NCBI GenBank assembly: GCA_964491475.1
Contig: CAZBFO010000001.1
Coordinates: 110,720-174,719, forward strand
From: an uncultured Gammaproteobacteria bacterium
GTDB lineage: Bacteria; Patescibacteriota; Patescibacteriia; SG8-24
Reading direction: 5' to 3'
Length of the DNA: 64,000 nt
This document shows, piece after piece, positions 17,402 through 29,703 of the stretch. The notes below the pieces were generated by a model. It had not been told where the DNA came from. It was given only the letters and a program-made list of their open reading frames with translations, and did no database searches. Position 1 is the first letter of the stretch. Each line of letters starts with the position of its first letter. Position numbers and translations under genes: made by a program.

Positions 17402-18616
17402 TCAGCTGCGGATTTCTGAAAGTCGGGCCGTCACCGCGTCGATGAACGCTTCCGTCGTGGCCGGCTGGGCGACCTTGATGGTCGTCAGCGAGATCAGGTC
17501 CTTGGTCATGATGCCGCGGTCGATGCAGTCGATGGTGGCTTCTTCCAGGTTACGGGCGAACTCGACGACGTCGGGCGTGCCATCCAGCTCGCCGCGCTTG
17601 GCCAGCGCGCCGGCCCAGGCGAAGATGCTGGCGACGGAATTGGTCGAGGTCGGTTCGCCCTTGAGGTGCTTGTAGTAGTGGCGCTGCACGGTGCCGTGTG
17701 CCGCTTCGAACTCGAAGGCGCCGCCGGGACTGACCAGCACCGAAGTCATCAGGCCGAGGCTGCCGTATCCGGCGGCCAGCATGTCCGACATGACGTCGCC
17801 GTCGTAGTTCATGCAGGCCCAGAGCATGCCGCCCTCGCTGCGCATGATGCGCGCCACGATGTCGTCGATCAGGCCGTAGGAGTAGGCGACTCCCACGGCG
17901 GCAAGTTCCTCCTTTTTCGCCTCGACCTCTTCGCCGAAGATGGCGCGGAAGCGGGCGTGATAGGTCTTGGAGATGGTGTCTTTGGCACCGAACCAGATGT
18001 TCGTGTTCTCGGACAGGGCATAAGCGATGCAGGCCTGGGCGAACGAGCGGATGGAAGCGTCGGTGTTGTGAATGGCTTGCAGGATGCCGGGGCCTTTGAA
18101 CTTGGCGACGGGCACGCGCTGCTCGAGGCCGTTGGCCCCCTTGAATACCAACTCCGCTTCGCCGGCACCCCACGGCGCGAACTCCGCGTTCTTGTAGACG
18201 TCGCCATAGGCGTGGCGGGCGATGACGATGGGCTTGTTCCAGCCGCGGACCATCGGCGGGATGCTCTTCACAAGGATCGGCTTGCGGAAGACGGTGCCGT
18301 CGAGGATGCCGCGGATGGTGGCGTTCGGGCTGGGCCATTCCTTTGCCAGGGAGTATTCCTTGACGCGGTCGGCGTTGGGAGTGATGGTGGCGCACTTCAC
18401 GCCGACGCCGTGCTTGAGGATGGCGGCCGCCGAGTCTGCCGTGACCTTGTCGGCGGTCTCGTCGCGGTACTTGATACCGAGGTCATAGTATTCGAGCGTG
18501 ACGTCGAGGTGAGGAAGGATCAGTTTTTCCTTGATCAGCGCCCAAATGACGCGGGTCATCTCGTCGCCGTCCAGCTCGACCAAAGGGGTTTTCACGGTGA
18601 TCTTCTGTCGTGACAT
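17402..18616 (-). CDS. icd: NADP-dependent isocitrate dehydrogenase (subfamily II, eukaryotic-type)
   Basis: 404 aa with hallmark IDH motifs ([25 protein letters not shown]). Confidence 0.9.
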   Translation of the reverse strand: MSRQKITVKTPLVELDGDEMTRVIWALIKEKLILPHLDVTLEYYDLGIKYRDETADKVTADSAAAILKHGVGVKCATITPNADRVKEYSLAKEWPSPNATIRGILDGTVFRKPILVKSIPPMVRGWNKPIVIARHAYGDVYKNAEFAPWGAGEAELVFKGANGLEQRVPVAKFKGPGILQAIHNTDASIRSFAQACIAYALSENTNIWFGAKDTISKTYHARFRAIFGEEVEAKKEELAAVGVAYSYGLIDDIVARIMRSEGGMLWACMNYDGDVMSDMLAAGYGSLGLMTSVLVSPGGAFEFEAAHGTVQRHYYKHLKGEPTSTNSVASIFAWAGALAKRGELDGTPDVVEFARNLEEATIDCIDRGIMTKDLISLTTIKVAQPATTEAFIDAVTARLSEIRS

Positions 18617-18688
18617 AATCGTGCAGGCTTTCTATACTGGAGTTGAGGTAACCGCGCACGGTTCTCGTGCGAGTTGACCAAGCATACC

Positions 18689-21388
<2,700 letters not shown>

Positions 21389-21399
21389 CCGGCTTTCCG

Positions 21400-21441
21400 A
21401 GAAGCAAAAAAAGACCGTCACGCGAGCGCGTGGCGGTTTTT
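21400..21441. terminator. bidirectional terminator
   Basis: ACCGTCACGC-gagc-GCGTGGCGGT hairpin flanked by AAAAAAAG and TTTTTC. Confidence 0.65.
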
Positions 21442-21444
21442 CAG

Positions 21445-22356
21445 TCACTTCTTGTCGTCGTTTCCCGCATCGTCCTTCGTCTCGGGCAGGGGATACGCGT
21501 GCGGGAAACCGTGGGCTTGGCCCAAAGCGCGGTAGCGTGCGGCGCTCGCTTCGAGCTGCCGGGCGACCTGCTCGAGGTCGATGAACCGCAGGTCGTTGCG
21601 CACGGCCTCTTCTTTTTCCGCACGGCCGATGACCGTGGCGATGAACAGTATGCCGAACTCCAGCAAATGGTTGGGCGCGACGTTCGGGCAGTTGTGCTCC
21701 CAGAACAGGTCCTTGCCCTTCTTGTAGCCGGTCCCTTCGTTCACAGCCTGCTCGAGCGTCTCGATTGCGCAGCCGCCGGCGTCGCCGTTGGGCCAGCCGA
21801 GCGGCGTTTCGACCATCATGCGGATCATCATCCGGATTTCTTCGGGGAACCGGAAGTGCGGCACGTACGGCACCAGGATCATGCCGTTGAGGTCCAACCG
21901 CTCTTGCGCGAAAAGGCGCTTGACCGCGGCGAAGACCTCTTCGGGACGCTTGCCGAGAAGTTCGGCGGCTTCCTGCACGTAGAGGATGCCGGCATGGGCC
22001 TGTCCGAGGCATTCGCCCCCGGAGACCTTGCGGTGCGCCTCGAGGACTGCTGCCTCGATGCCGTTCTGCGCCAGCTCCAGGCGGAGGGCGACGGCCGCTT
22101 CGTTCTTGAGCGCGGTGCGGGCCACTTCCTTGGCCATGCATTTGCGCGGGTCGTTACGGAGCCTGTAGCCCTGGCCGCCGGCAAGCGGAATGGCGTCATA
22201 ATCGCAGACGCACACCAGCGTGGCGGCGCGGCGACCGTCCGGATCGTCCAGCCGTCCGTGCATGATGACGGCCACCTCGTGACCGCCGACTTCCCACGTC
22301 CTGACGACATCGTGCGCGCAGCCCGCGTCGTCGTCCAATTTGAAGTTTATGGGCAT
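21445..22356 (-). CDS. hypothetical protein (303 aa)
   Basis: Long GC3-biased ORF, divergent from the sigma-70 gene. No domain recognised with confidence. Confidence 0.5.
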   Translation of the reverse strand: MPINFKLDDDAGCAHDVVRTWEVGGHEVAVIMHGRLDDPDGRRAATLVCVCDYDAIPLAGGQGYRLRNDPRKCMAKEVARTALKNEAAVALRLELAQNGIEAAVLEAHRKVSGGECLGQAHAGILYVQEAAELLGKRPEEVFAAVKRLFAQERLDLNGMILVPYVPHFRFPEEIRMMIRMMVETPLGWPNGDAGGCAIETLEQAVNEGTGYKKGKDLFWEHNCPNVAPNHLLEFGILFIATVIGRAEKEEAVRNDLRFIDLEQVARQLEASAARYRALGQAHGFPHAYPLPETKDDAGNDDKK

Positions 22357-22451
22357 GATGCCACCTCGCTTCCGGAAAGAACTGCGCCTTGAGGATACTC
22401 CCTGCCGCCAGTCTTGCCAAAGGCCCCCCTTTCTGTCACGGTCGGGCAGTC

Positions 22452-23402
22452 ATGTTCCTTTTTATGTTTATGCGGCGTAATGCCGCGGAAACGACGAGGC
22501 CGGCAATGCCTGCCGAGACGAGAAGCAAAACGGCATTCGACCGGTACCGAAACGACTTGTCCCGCTTCGCTCCGTTGGAGCGTCGAGAAGAACGCCGATT
22601 ACTGCGTGCCTATGCCGCAGGAGACCGTGCGGCCGGCGACCGCGTCGTGCTGGCGCATCTGCGCTTCGTCGTCGACGAGGCCAAGAAGTTCGTCGGCCGC
22701 GGCGTGCCCTTCGAGGACCTGGTGCAGGAAGGCAACATCGGACTGCTGCACGCCTTGGAAAGGTTTGACCTCGAAAAACGGTCGCGGCACGTCGGCAGGA
22801 GCTGTCGGTTCATCTCCTATGCCGCCTTTTGGGTGAAGGAGCGGCTGACAATGGCCGTCATCGAGAAGGGAAAGGTCGTCAAGGTTGAGCGCAAGGTGCA
22901 GCACAGGCTCGCCAAGCTGCGAAAGCTGGACCGCCTGTACGAAGCCGACTTGGGCCGCCCCGCCACCGTCGAGGAAGCGGCCGCGCACCTGGGGCTGACC
23001 GAGGCGGTGGCCAGACGCCTGCGGCTTGTCGAGACGTTCCGCAGCGTTTCGCTCGATCAGCCGTCGGGATCCGCAAGAAGCGCGGACGAGGAGTTCGCGC
23101 TGTACGCGGTGGTTCCTGCCGAACAGCCCGCAATCGACGAGCACTGCCACGAAAAACTGCGCGACGAACGTCGCCGGCGCGATCTCGCGGCCGCCATCGA
23201 GACGCTGGACCCGCGTGACGGCACGCTGCTGCGCGAGCGGCTGCTGCGAGAACCGGAAGACCGCAAGATGCACCGCCAGCTTGCCGCAGAGCTCGGGCTG
23301 TCGCGCTCGCGGGTGCAGCAGCTGGAAGAACTGCTCATGCGTCGGCTTCGGACGCTGATGAACGGCGTCCCGGATCGGGCGGAAAGGACGAAACGATGCT
23401 GA
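22452..23402 (+). CDS. RNA polymerase sigma factor, sigma-70 family (regions 2, 3, 4 present)
   Basis: Region 2 DLVQEGNIGLLHALERFD...FISYAAFWVKERL; region 4 HTH QLAAELGLSRSRVQQLEE. Alternative start at 22506, preceded by GAGG. Confidence 0.8.
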   Translation: MFLFMFMRRNAAETTRPAMPAETRSKTAFDRYRNDLSRFAPLERREERRLLRAYAAGDRAAGDRVVLAHLRFVVDEAKKFVGRGVPFEDLVQEGNIGLLHALERFDLEKRSRHVGRSCRFISYAAFWVKERLTMAVIEKGKVVKVERKVQHRLAKLRKLDRLYEADLGRPATVEEAAAHLGLTEAVARRLRLVETFRSVSLDQPSGSARSADEEFALYAVVPAEQPAIDEHCHEKLRDERRRRDLAAAIETLDPRDGTLLRERLLREPEDRKMHRQLAAELGLSRSRVQQLEELLMRRLRTLMNGVPDRAERTKRC

Positions 23403-23653
23403 CGGAAGAAGAGCGACTGCTTCTTGAGCACGAGCTGCAAAAACTGGAAAACAGCGAACTCAAGGCCCTGTACGTCCAGCTGGTGCAACAGCGGCTGGCA
23501 TTGGAAGACATCAACTCCCAATATCCTGCCACCAAGGCGTTCCTGCAGGCACGCGGGCTTACCAACGTGCGCCAGCTCGATGCCGATGGGCTGAAGGTGC
23601 TGGAGCAGCACCTGCGCGACACCTTGGCGGCGATTTTCAAGACCAGCTCCTGA
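23396..23653 (+). CDS. small coiled-coil protein translationally coupled to the sigma factor
   Basis: ATG overlaps the sigma TGA (ATGCTGA). 85 aa, helical/heptad-like (LLLEHELQKLENSELKALYVQLVQQRLALEDIN). Followed by a terminator. Confidence 0.5.
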   Translation: MLTEEERLLLEHELQKLENSELKALYVQLVQQRLALEDINSQYPATKAFLQARGLTNVRQLDADGLKVLEQHLRDTLAAIFKTSS

Positions 23654-23658
23654 TTACG

Positions 23659-23688
23659 TCCTCCGACAATATCGGAGGATTTTCTTTT
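23659..23688 (+). terminator. rho-independent terminator
   Basis: TCCTCCGA-CAATA-TCGGAGGA followed by TTTTCTTTT. Confidence 0.75.
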
Positions 23689-23790
23689 CCCTTCGTATCC
23701 GCCCAATCTTGTCATTTTTAGCCTTTTCTGTAGGATGCCCGCACTGCTTTTTGCCCCCAGTCGGCAGGCCGCCAATAGACCCTCCCAGGA

Positions 23791-23819
23791 TTGACAAAAT
23801 GGTCATTTTCTGGTAGGCT
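23791..23819 (+). promoter_or_regulatory. promoter TTGACAAAATG-N-cTGgTAGGCT
   Basis: TTGACA, 17-nt spacer, TGn-TAGGCT; precedes a leader with a small hairpin plus T-run. Confidence 0.5.
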
Positions 23820-23874
23820 CCAGAGTCGCCCGCCCGCAGCGGACGATTTTGTTTTGGCTAACTGTAGCGAAAAT

Positions 23875-24465
23875 ATGAGAATGACCTTCAAACGAACCTT
23901 GGCCGCAACCAATCTCGGCAGGATCGCATCGGCCCTTCTCACCTTGGTAATGGTGATTCAGCCGGTAAAAGTGACCGCCCAGACGGTTTCCGGCCTTGAA
24001 ATCGGCCCTGCCGCCACTGCGACGGCCGATGAAAACCCTCCGAGTACCGAGGGCGATGACCAGGCTTCCGAGCCTGTCGTGCCGCCCACAGCCCAGGAAA
24101 TTTTGCTGGATACCTGCAAAAACCGCGGCTACGGTGAGGGTTGCGCCAAGGCGCTGCTCGGCATGATGTGGAAAGAGTCCCGTAACTTGGCTACAGCCGT
24201 GGGCGACCACGGTGCAGCCCTGGGCTACTTCCAGATCCACTATCGCCTTCACAAAGTCACCCGCGCTTGCGCCACTGACCTGGCCTGCTCGGCCGAATGG
24301 ACCATCAAGTACATGGAACGGAACGGTTACCCCAAGTACGTGAAATATGCGGTCCAGTGCCATAACGGCTGCGGCATCAACAACGGTTACGCCCTCTCGG
24401 CGCTTCGCAACGGCGAACGCCTCTGGGACGAACCGATGACCATCGAGGTCGCCTTAGCCAAGTAA
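23875..24465 (+). CDS. secreted lysozyme-like/transglycosylase-like protein
   Basis: Signal peptide. ESRN...GDHGAALGYFQI motif reminiscent of family GH23 lytic transglycosylase / goose-type lysozyme cores. Several Cys. Confidence 0.5.
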   Translation: MRMTFKRTLAATNLGRIASALLTLVMVIQPVKVTAQTVSGLEIGPAATATADENPPSTEGDDQASEPVVPPTAQEILLDTCKNRGYGEGCAKALLGMMWKESRNLATAVGDHGAALGYFQIHYRLHKVTRACATDLACSAEWTIKYMERNGYPKYVKYAVQCHNGCGINNGYALSALRNGERLWDEPMTIEVALAK

Positions 24466-24471
24466 GGCAGA

Positions 24472-24510
24472 AAAGGCCCCTTCCTCTCTCGAGCGGGGCC
24501 TTTTCATTTT
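24472..24510 (+). terminator. rho-independent terminator
   Basis: AAAGGCCCC...GGGGCCTTT hairpin followed by TCATTTTC. Confidence 0.7.
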
Positions 24511-24557
24511 CAAAAAATCCGCTATACTCCGCACAGCTCATTGCAAAGAGGTGAATA

Positions 24558-25505
24558 ATGATTTTGCGCGGCATAGATTTCGGCAAAGTGACGGACGCAT
24601 CCGGCGTCCGCGGCTTTTTCGGGGAGGGATATCCGCATCATCGTTGGTGGAAACCGTTCGGTCTGGACTTTGCCGGGTCGACCTTCGTGGCCAAGACCAC
24701 TACGCTGGATTCCCGCAGCGGCAACATGCCGCTGAACAAGGATCTCTCGCCCAAAGAAATGCTCCCCAAATGCGTGGTGGTGAAACCGCTGCGGGGAGTG
24801 GCCCTGAACGCCGTCGGTCTCTCTGGCCCGGGCGCGATGGCGCTCTTCAAGGACGGACGCTGGCAACGGCGGACCGACCCGTTCTTCCTGTCCTTCATGT
24901 CGGTGCAAGGCACTGCTCCGGAGAGGTTGAGAGAACTGAACGTCTTCGTCGAGCTGCTTCGGATGTATCTGCCGTATTTCCGGGCACCCGTCGGCCTGCA
25001 GATAAACTTTTCCTGCCCCAACGTCGGTTTGCATGCCGACAATCTGGCGGAAGAGGCAATGTCTGCGCTCACCTCGGCGTCCAAGTTGGGCATCCCGCTC
25101 ATGCCCAAGTTCAATGTCCTGCTGCCGCCGGATGCGGCAAAGAAGGTCAGCGAACACCGTGCCTGTGACGCCCTGTGCGTCTCTAACACCTTGCCGTGGG
25201 GCGCGTTGCCCGACACGGTCGACTGGGTAGGCCTGTTCGGCAGCGCCACTTCGCCGTTGGCGGCGATGGGCGGCGGAGGACTCTCCGGCAAGCCGCTTTT
25301 GCCGCTCACCGAGCTGTGGGTGCGCATGGCCCGCAGGCACGGCGTCACCAAGCCGATCAACGCCGGCGGCGGCATACTCTCTGCCGACGATGCCGCCAGG
25401 CTGCTGCGCGCTGGCGCCGATTCGGTGTTCATCGGCACGGCCGCGATCATCCGTCCGTGGCGCGTGCGAAGCATCATTCGTGCCGCCAAGCTCTTTCGTT
25501 CCTGA
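24558..25505 (+). CDS. dihydroorotate dehydrogenase family protein (class 1 DHOD/DHPD-like TIM barrel)
   Basis: INFSCPNV (N-x-S-C-P-N) motif, SNT, GGGG...INAGGGI, GADSVFIGTA. AGAGGTG RBS. Confidence 0.75.
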   Translation: MILRGIDFGKVTDASGVRGFFGEGYPHHRWWKPFGLDFAGSTFVAKTTTLDSRSGNMPLNKDLSPKEMLPKCVVVKPLRGVALNAVGLSGPGAMALFKDGRWQRRTDPFFLSFMSVQGTAPERLRELNVFVELLRMYLPYFRAPVGLQINFSCPNVGLHADNLAEEAMSALTSASKLGIPLMPKFNVLLPPDAAKKVSEHRACDALCVSNTLPWGALPDTVDWVGLFGSATSPLAAMGGGGLSGKPLLPLTELWVRMARRHGVTKPINAGGGILSADDAARLLRAGADSVFIGTAAIIRPWRVRSIIRAAKLFRS

Positions 25506-25511
25506 CGACGG

Positions 25512-25540
25512 CGACCGCTTCCGGCGGTCGTTTTTCTTTT
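25512..25540 (+). terminator. rho-independent terminator
   Basis: CGACCGC-TTCC-GGCGGTCG followed by TTTTTCTTTT. Confidence 0.7.
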
Positions 25541-25619
25541 GCCGGGATGTTACCCGAATCGGTCTCATTCGTTGTATTATTATGATAAGAGCGATTTCTT
25601 TCGTTATCAGCGCATAGCT

Positions 25620-26585
25620 ATGACCCCCATCAAGAAAAGGCGCGTCATCATCGGTTCGGTTTCGGTCGCGGTCGTCCTGTTCGCAGCCGCCGCGGCATAT
25701 CATCTGCATCTCAAGCAGACCGCGAAAGGCGGCGTTTCGACGCTTTCGCTGCCCATCATGACGGCTCGAGGGTTCGTCGGGGCGGCCGCCTCCTCCGGCG
25801 AAGCCGCCTACGACAGCTACGACGACAACGTCGCCGTCAAATCGATGATCGCCCCGTCGCCGATGCCGCCGATCTATCAGAACGGGGGACAGACGGCCGC
25901 GGAAGTCGATCAGAAAATCATCAAGAACGGTTCGCTGCGGCTGACGGTCGACAGCGTCTCCGACTCGTTGGCGCAGATGGCGAATATCGCCAAGAAGTAC
26001 CAGGGTTTCGTGCAGGCTTCGTCTTCCTCGGAGCGCGGCGACGGCAAGCATGAGGGCTCCGTCGCCATTCGCGTGCCTTCCGACAGGTTCGAGTCGGCCA
26101 TGAGCGACGCCAAGAAGATTGCCCGCGTGGTCAACAACGAATACGTCTCCGGCCAGGACGTGACCGAGCAGTACTCGGACCTCGAGGCGCAGCTCCGCAA
26201 CGCCCAAGCCCAGGAAGCGGAATATCTGGTCATCCTCAAGAAGGCAGTCTCGGTTGAGGACATCCTCAAGGTGCAACAGCCGTTGGGACAGGTCCGCGGC
26301 GAAATAGAATCGCTGCAGGGCCGTCTGAAGTATTTGCAGAACGTCACCTCGCTTTCGAGCATCGACATCGCGCTGACCGAGGAGGCGAGCGTGTCCGTGC
26401 CCACCAAGGAGTTTCGCCCGCTGACCATCGTCAAGCAGGCCGCGCAGACGCTGGTGACGCTGGCGCAGGACATCGCCGCGGCGATCATCTGGATCGTCAT
26501 CGTCGGCGGCGGCATCGCCATTCCAATCATCGTACTGGTTCTGCTGGTGCTGGCCGCGCTGCGGCGGCGCGGCAAAAAGAAATAG
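25620..26585 (+). CDS. DUF4349 domain-containing membrane protein
   Basis: N-terminal TM, central coiled-coil-like region (DLEAQLRNAQAQEAEYL...LQGRLKYLQN), C-terminal TM and RRRGKKK tail; typical DUF4349 architecture. Confidence 0.65.
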   Translation: MTPIKKRRVIIGSVSVAVVLFAAAAAYHLHLKQTAKGGVSTLSLPIMTARGFVGAAASSGEAAYDSYDDNVAVKSMIAPSPMPPIYQNGGQTAAEVDQKIIKNGSLRLTVDSVSDSLAQMANIAKKYQGFVQASSSSERGDGKHEGSVAIRVPSDRFESAMSDAKKIARVVNNEYVSGQDVTEQYSDLEAQLRNAQAQEAEYLVILKKAVSVEDILKVQQPLGQVRGEIESLQGRLKYLQNVTSLSSIDIALTEEASVSVPTKEFRPLTIVKQAAQTLVTLAQDIAAAIIWIVIVGGGIAIPIIVLVLLVLAALRRRGKKK

Positions 26586-26669
26586 CCGTTACTTCCGCCG
26601 CAAGGTCTCGTTTCACTAGGCGGAGGACGACCTGATCAGCCGGACTCGCCCACAGGTAATCGCCGTGCC

Positions 26670-27251
26670 ATGGCCAACGTGCAAGACGCAAAACTCGTCC
26701 GTGCCTGCCAAACGGGAGACGCCGACGCCTTCGGCCGGCTTTATGACGCCTACGTTCGGAAAATCTACGACTTCGTCTATTACCGCACGCATCACCGCGA
26801 AACCGCCGAAGACTTGACCAGCGACGTCTTCATGAAGGCCTTCGCCGGCCTGCGCGGGTTCGATCCGGACCAAGGCTCCTTCTCCTCCTGGCTGTACCGC
26901 ATCGCCAGGAACCGCGTCATCGACCATTACCGCACCGCCAAGCATGCCAAAGACGTCGAAGACATCGAGGACGTCTGGGACGTGCTGCGGAGCGGCGAAG
27001 ACGTCAACCGCGACGCAGAGACGCGCGAACTGCTGCGCGACGCCGAGAAGCTGGTGGCCCAGCTGCCAGCCGCCCAGCGCGACGTAGTCATCATGCGCGC
27101 TTGGGACCAGCTCTCCTACGCGGAGATTGCCGAAATCCTCGGCAAGTCCGAAGCCGCCTGCAAAATGAGCTTCTCGCGCGCGGTGGCCTCGCTGCGGCTG
27201 CAGGCGCCCCTAGCCCTGCTGCTGGCCATACTTCTTAATCCTTTGCGTTGA
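26670..27251 (+). CDS. ECF-type RNA polymerase sigma factor (sigma-70 family, RpoE-like)
   Basis: Region 2 (YDFVYYRTHHRETAEDLTSDVFMKAF, SWLYRIARNRVIDHYR) and region 4 (VIMRAWDQLSYAEIAEILGKSEAACKMSFSRA). Confidence 0.9.
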   Translation: MANVQDAKLVRACQTGDADAFGRLYDAYVRKIYDFVYYRTHHRETAEDLTSDVFMKAFAGLRGFDPDQGSFSSWLYRIARNRVIDHYRTAKHAKDVEDIEDVWDVLRSGEDVNRDAETRELLRDAEKLVAQLPAAQRDVVIMRAWDQLSYAEIAEILGKSEAACKMSFSRAVASLRLQAPLALLLAILLNPLR

Positions 27252-27256
27252 CCGCC

Positions 27257-28846
27257 ATGCCTAGCAAAAACCAGATCGAGGAAATCCTCCGCGACTGCCT
27301 GGCCGCCGACCCGTCCTTGCGGGAACGCGAGGACGAGCTACGGCCGATCATCAAGGCACTGCTCGAATCCAAACCGGACACGCGCTTCAGCACGGAGTTC
27401 GCCGATCGGCTGCACGACGCCCTCGCAAACGAACGGCAGAAACGAAACGGCAAGATTCGAGTCACCCCTTCACCTTTCGGCGCTATGAAGCTCAAACCCA
27501 TCGCTTTCCCCATCGTCGGCAGCCTCGCGCTCGTGGCCGTCTTTGCCCTGCTCCTGGTGCAAAAGCCTCCGGGAGCCAAAACGTCGACGGTGGCCACGGT
27601 GCAGCAGCCCAAACCGCACGGCATGCAGATCGCCAAGGTCGCCGACGGCGCCTTCGGTCCGCTCGCCGCTACGACGGTTCAGGCAACCCGGCCGTTGATG
27701 GCTGACGGCTACGAGGAGGGCCGCAACGCGGCGGGCGCGGCACCCATGGCCGCACCTTCGGCCGCCATGGGCATGGACACGGCGGTCAGTGCTCATTCGC
27801 AAAATGGCGGAGGCGGTACGGCAAGTTCCTCCAAGATGGCCGCGATCATGCCCGTCCAGCAGCCGGTCAACTACCGCTACGTCTACAAGGGCGAGCTGCC
27901 GCCCATCGACGCCAAGATCGCGGTCTATCGCCACGTGAAGGGCCTGACCTCCGGAAACCTGCTGCCATCCTTCGGCAACATCACCGGCGGCTTGATGGAC
28001 GGTTCGCATTTTTCTTCGGGCGCCCTGCAGTCGCTGAATGTCGTCGAGGACCGAGACTACGGTTACGGCATCTTCCTGGACGCGACCGAGGGCGGCATCT
28101 CGATGAATCAGAACTGGCAGCGCTGGCCGCATCCCGAGAGCAAGTGCCGCGACGAGGCGTGCTACCAGCAGTACCAGCTGAAGCCCGACCAGATGCCGGC
28201 TGACGACGTGGTCATCGGCGTGGCCGAGGACTTCATCAAGGAGTACGGCATCGACCGTTCGGCGCTCGGCAAGCCGTCCATCAACAGCGATTGGCGCATC
28301 CGTCCGATGGGCGTTGCCGCGGACATGCCCTTGTACGTCCCCGACGTGGTCTCCGTATCGTATCCGTACCTTATCGACGGCAAGACCGTACAGGACGAAA
28401 GCGGCAACGTGAACGGCGTGACCGTCAACGTCGACGTCCGCGAGAAGAAGGTCGACGGGCTGTGGGGACTGCTGACCAACCGTTACGAGCAGTCGTCGTA
28501 TGATGCGGAGACGGACACGGCGCGGCTGCTCAAGTTCGTCTCGAACGGCGGCTTGTATCCCGTCTACGACGATTCGTCCGCAAAGACGGTCGAGATCGCG
28601 TTGGGCGAACCCGAAGTAGTGCTCGTCGCCTATTGGAAGGACAACGGCGACGGCACCGGCCAGAACCTGTATGTGCCCACCCTGCGCTTCACGGTGCAGA
28701 ATCCGCCGGCCGATCAGCCGTGGTTCCGCAAGGCCGTGACCGTACCGCTTTCCAAGGACCTGCTCGACCAGGCCGACAAGCAGGCGGCCGGCCAGGGCGG
28801 CGGCGTGCCGACTCCCGTCATGTACATGAAGGACGGCGTCAAATGA
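27257..28846 (+). CDS. putative anti-sigma factor (single-pass membrane protein, large extracytoplasmic domain)
   Basis: Start overlaps the ECF sigma stop. About 80-aa cytoplasmic N-terminus, one TM (IAFPIVGSLALVAVFALLLV), 430-aa external domain. Assignment is by position and architecture. Confidence 0.55.
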   Translation: MPSKNQIEEILRDCLAADPSLREREDELRPIIKALLESKPDTRFSTEFADRLHDALANERQKRNGKIRVTPSPFGAMKLKPIAFPIVGSLALVAVFALLLVQKPPGAKTSTVATVQQPKPHGMQIAKVADGAFGPLAATTVQATRPLMADGYEEGRNAAGAAPMAAPSAAMGMDTAVSAHSQNGGGGTASSSKMAAIMPVQQPVNYRYVYKGELPPIDAKIAVYRHVKGLTSGNLLPSFGNITGGLMDGSHFSSGALQSLNVVEDRDYGYGIFLDATEGGISMNQNWQRWPHPESKCRDEACYQQYQLKPDQMPADDVVIGVAEDFIKEYGIDRSALGKPSINSDWRIRPMGVAADMPLYVPDVVSVSYPYLIDGKTVQDESGNVNGVTVNVDVREKKVDGLWGLLTNRYEQSSYDAETDTARLLKFVSNGGLYPVYDDSSAKTVEIALGEPEVVLVAYWKDNGDGTGQNLYVPTLRFTVQNPPADQPWFRKAVTVPLSKDLLDQADKQAAGQGGGVPTPVMYMKDGVK

Positions 28847-29688
28847 CCGCGAACCGCTTCAAGGGCCTCCGCACGGAGGCCTTTGTGCGTGCCGTTGTGC
28901 CGACTTCGGCGCTCGGCTACACTAGGCTCATCATCTTTTACCCTATGGAATCAAAAGACCTCCGTTCAGCGCTGGTGGCGACAGCTTTGGTGCTGTCGCT
29001 GGGCCTGGTTGCGGCCACCGGCGTCGCCGCGACAGCCTTCTTCAAGGCCAAGACGCTCGGCAACGTCATCGAAGTCACCGGATCTGCCGACAGGACCATC
29101 ACCTCGGACGTGGTGAAGTGGTCCGGCCGGATTTCACGCACCGTCGGCGTCGACGGCCTCAAAGGCGGCAGCGCCGCAATCAAGGCCGACCTCGCGACGG
29201 TGACCGAGGCTCTGCATGCCGCCGGGGTGAAGGATGAGCAGCTGACGATCCGGCCGGTGAACGTCTTCCCCAACTACGCCGGCGACGCCAACGGCACCTC
29301 GCACATGACCGGCTACAGCATCGACCAGGGCTTCCTGGTCGAGTCGAACGACGTGAAGGGCATCACGGTCCTGTCGCATGACGTGGCCGACAAGATGCTG
29401 GCTTCCGGCGTGGTGTTCAGCACCGACGGCCTGGAGTACTACTATTCCAAGCTGGCCGAGCTGAAGCTGCAGATGCTTTCCGATGCCACCGCCAACGCCA
29501 AGGCGAGGGCGCAACGCATCGCGGAGAGCACCGGCGCGCGACTCGGCACCGTGCGCAGCGCGGGCATGGGCGTGTTCCAGGTCACGGCGGTCAATTCCGC
29601 CGAGATTTCGGACTATGGCGCTTATGATACCGGCGCCATCGAGAAGAAAGTCACTGCGGTCGCACGGACCACCTTCCAAATCAACTAA
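28843..29688 (+). CDS. SIMPL domain-containing protein (DUF541)
   Basis: ATGA overlap with the anti-sigma stop. Signal/TM then a SIMPL-like domain. Alternative internal start at 28946 (MESKDL). Confidence 0.65.
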   Translation: MTANRFKGLRTEAFVRAVVPTSALGYTRLIIFYPMESKDLRSALVATALVLSLGLVAATGVAATAFFKAKTLGNVIEVTGSADRTITSDVVKWSGRISRTVGVDGLKGGSAAIKADLATVTEALHAAGVKDEQLTIRPVNVFPNYAGDANGTSHMTGYSIDQGFLVESNDVKGITVLSHDVADKMLASGVVFSTDGLEYYYSKLAELKLQMLSDATANAKARAQRIAESTGARLGTVRSAGMGVFQVTAVNSAEISDYGAYDTGAIEKKVTAVARTTFQIN

Positions 29689-29703
29689 CCAAAGGCACAG
29701 CTC

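Noticed and set aside
18674-18688. TTG start 15 nt upstream of the acnA ATG, and TTG/GTG starts for several other genes (4695, 8272, 27248, 40261, 7001).
   Set aside because: ORF-track starts appear to include alternative initiators. Where an in-frame ATG with equal or better context exists slightly downstream I used it; the GTG starts were kept only for the Rrf2 gene (43120) and possibly 11920.
21445-22356. Considered calling the 303-aa minus-strand protein a flavin-dependent thymidylate synthase (ThyX) or a YbiA-like N-glycosidase.
   Set aside because: The ThyX RHRxxSxxxxSxR signature and the DUF1768 motifs are absent, so it is left as hypothetical.
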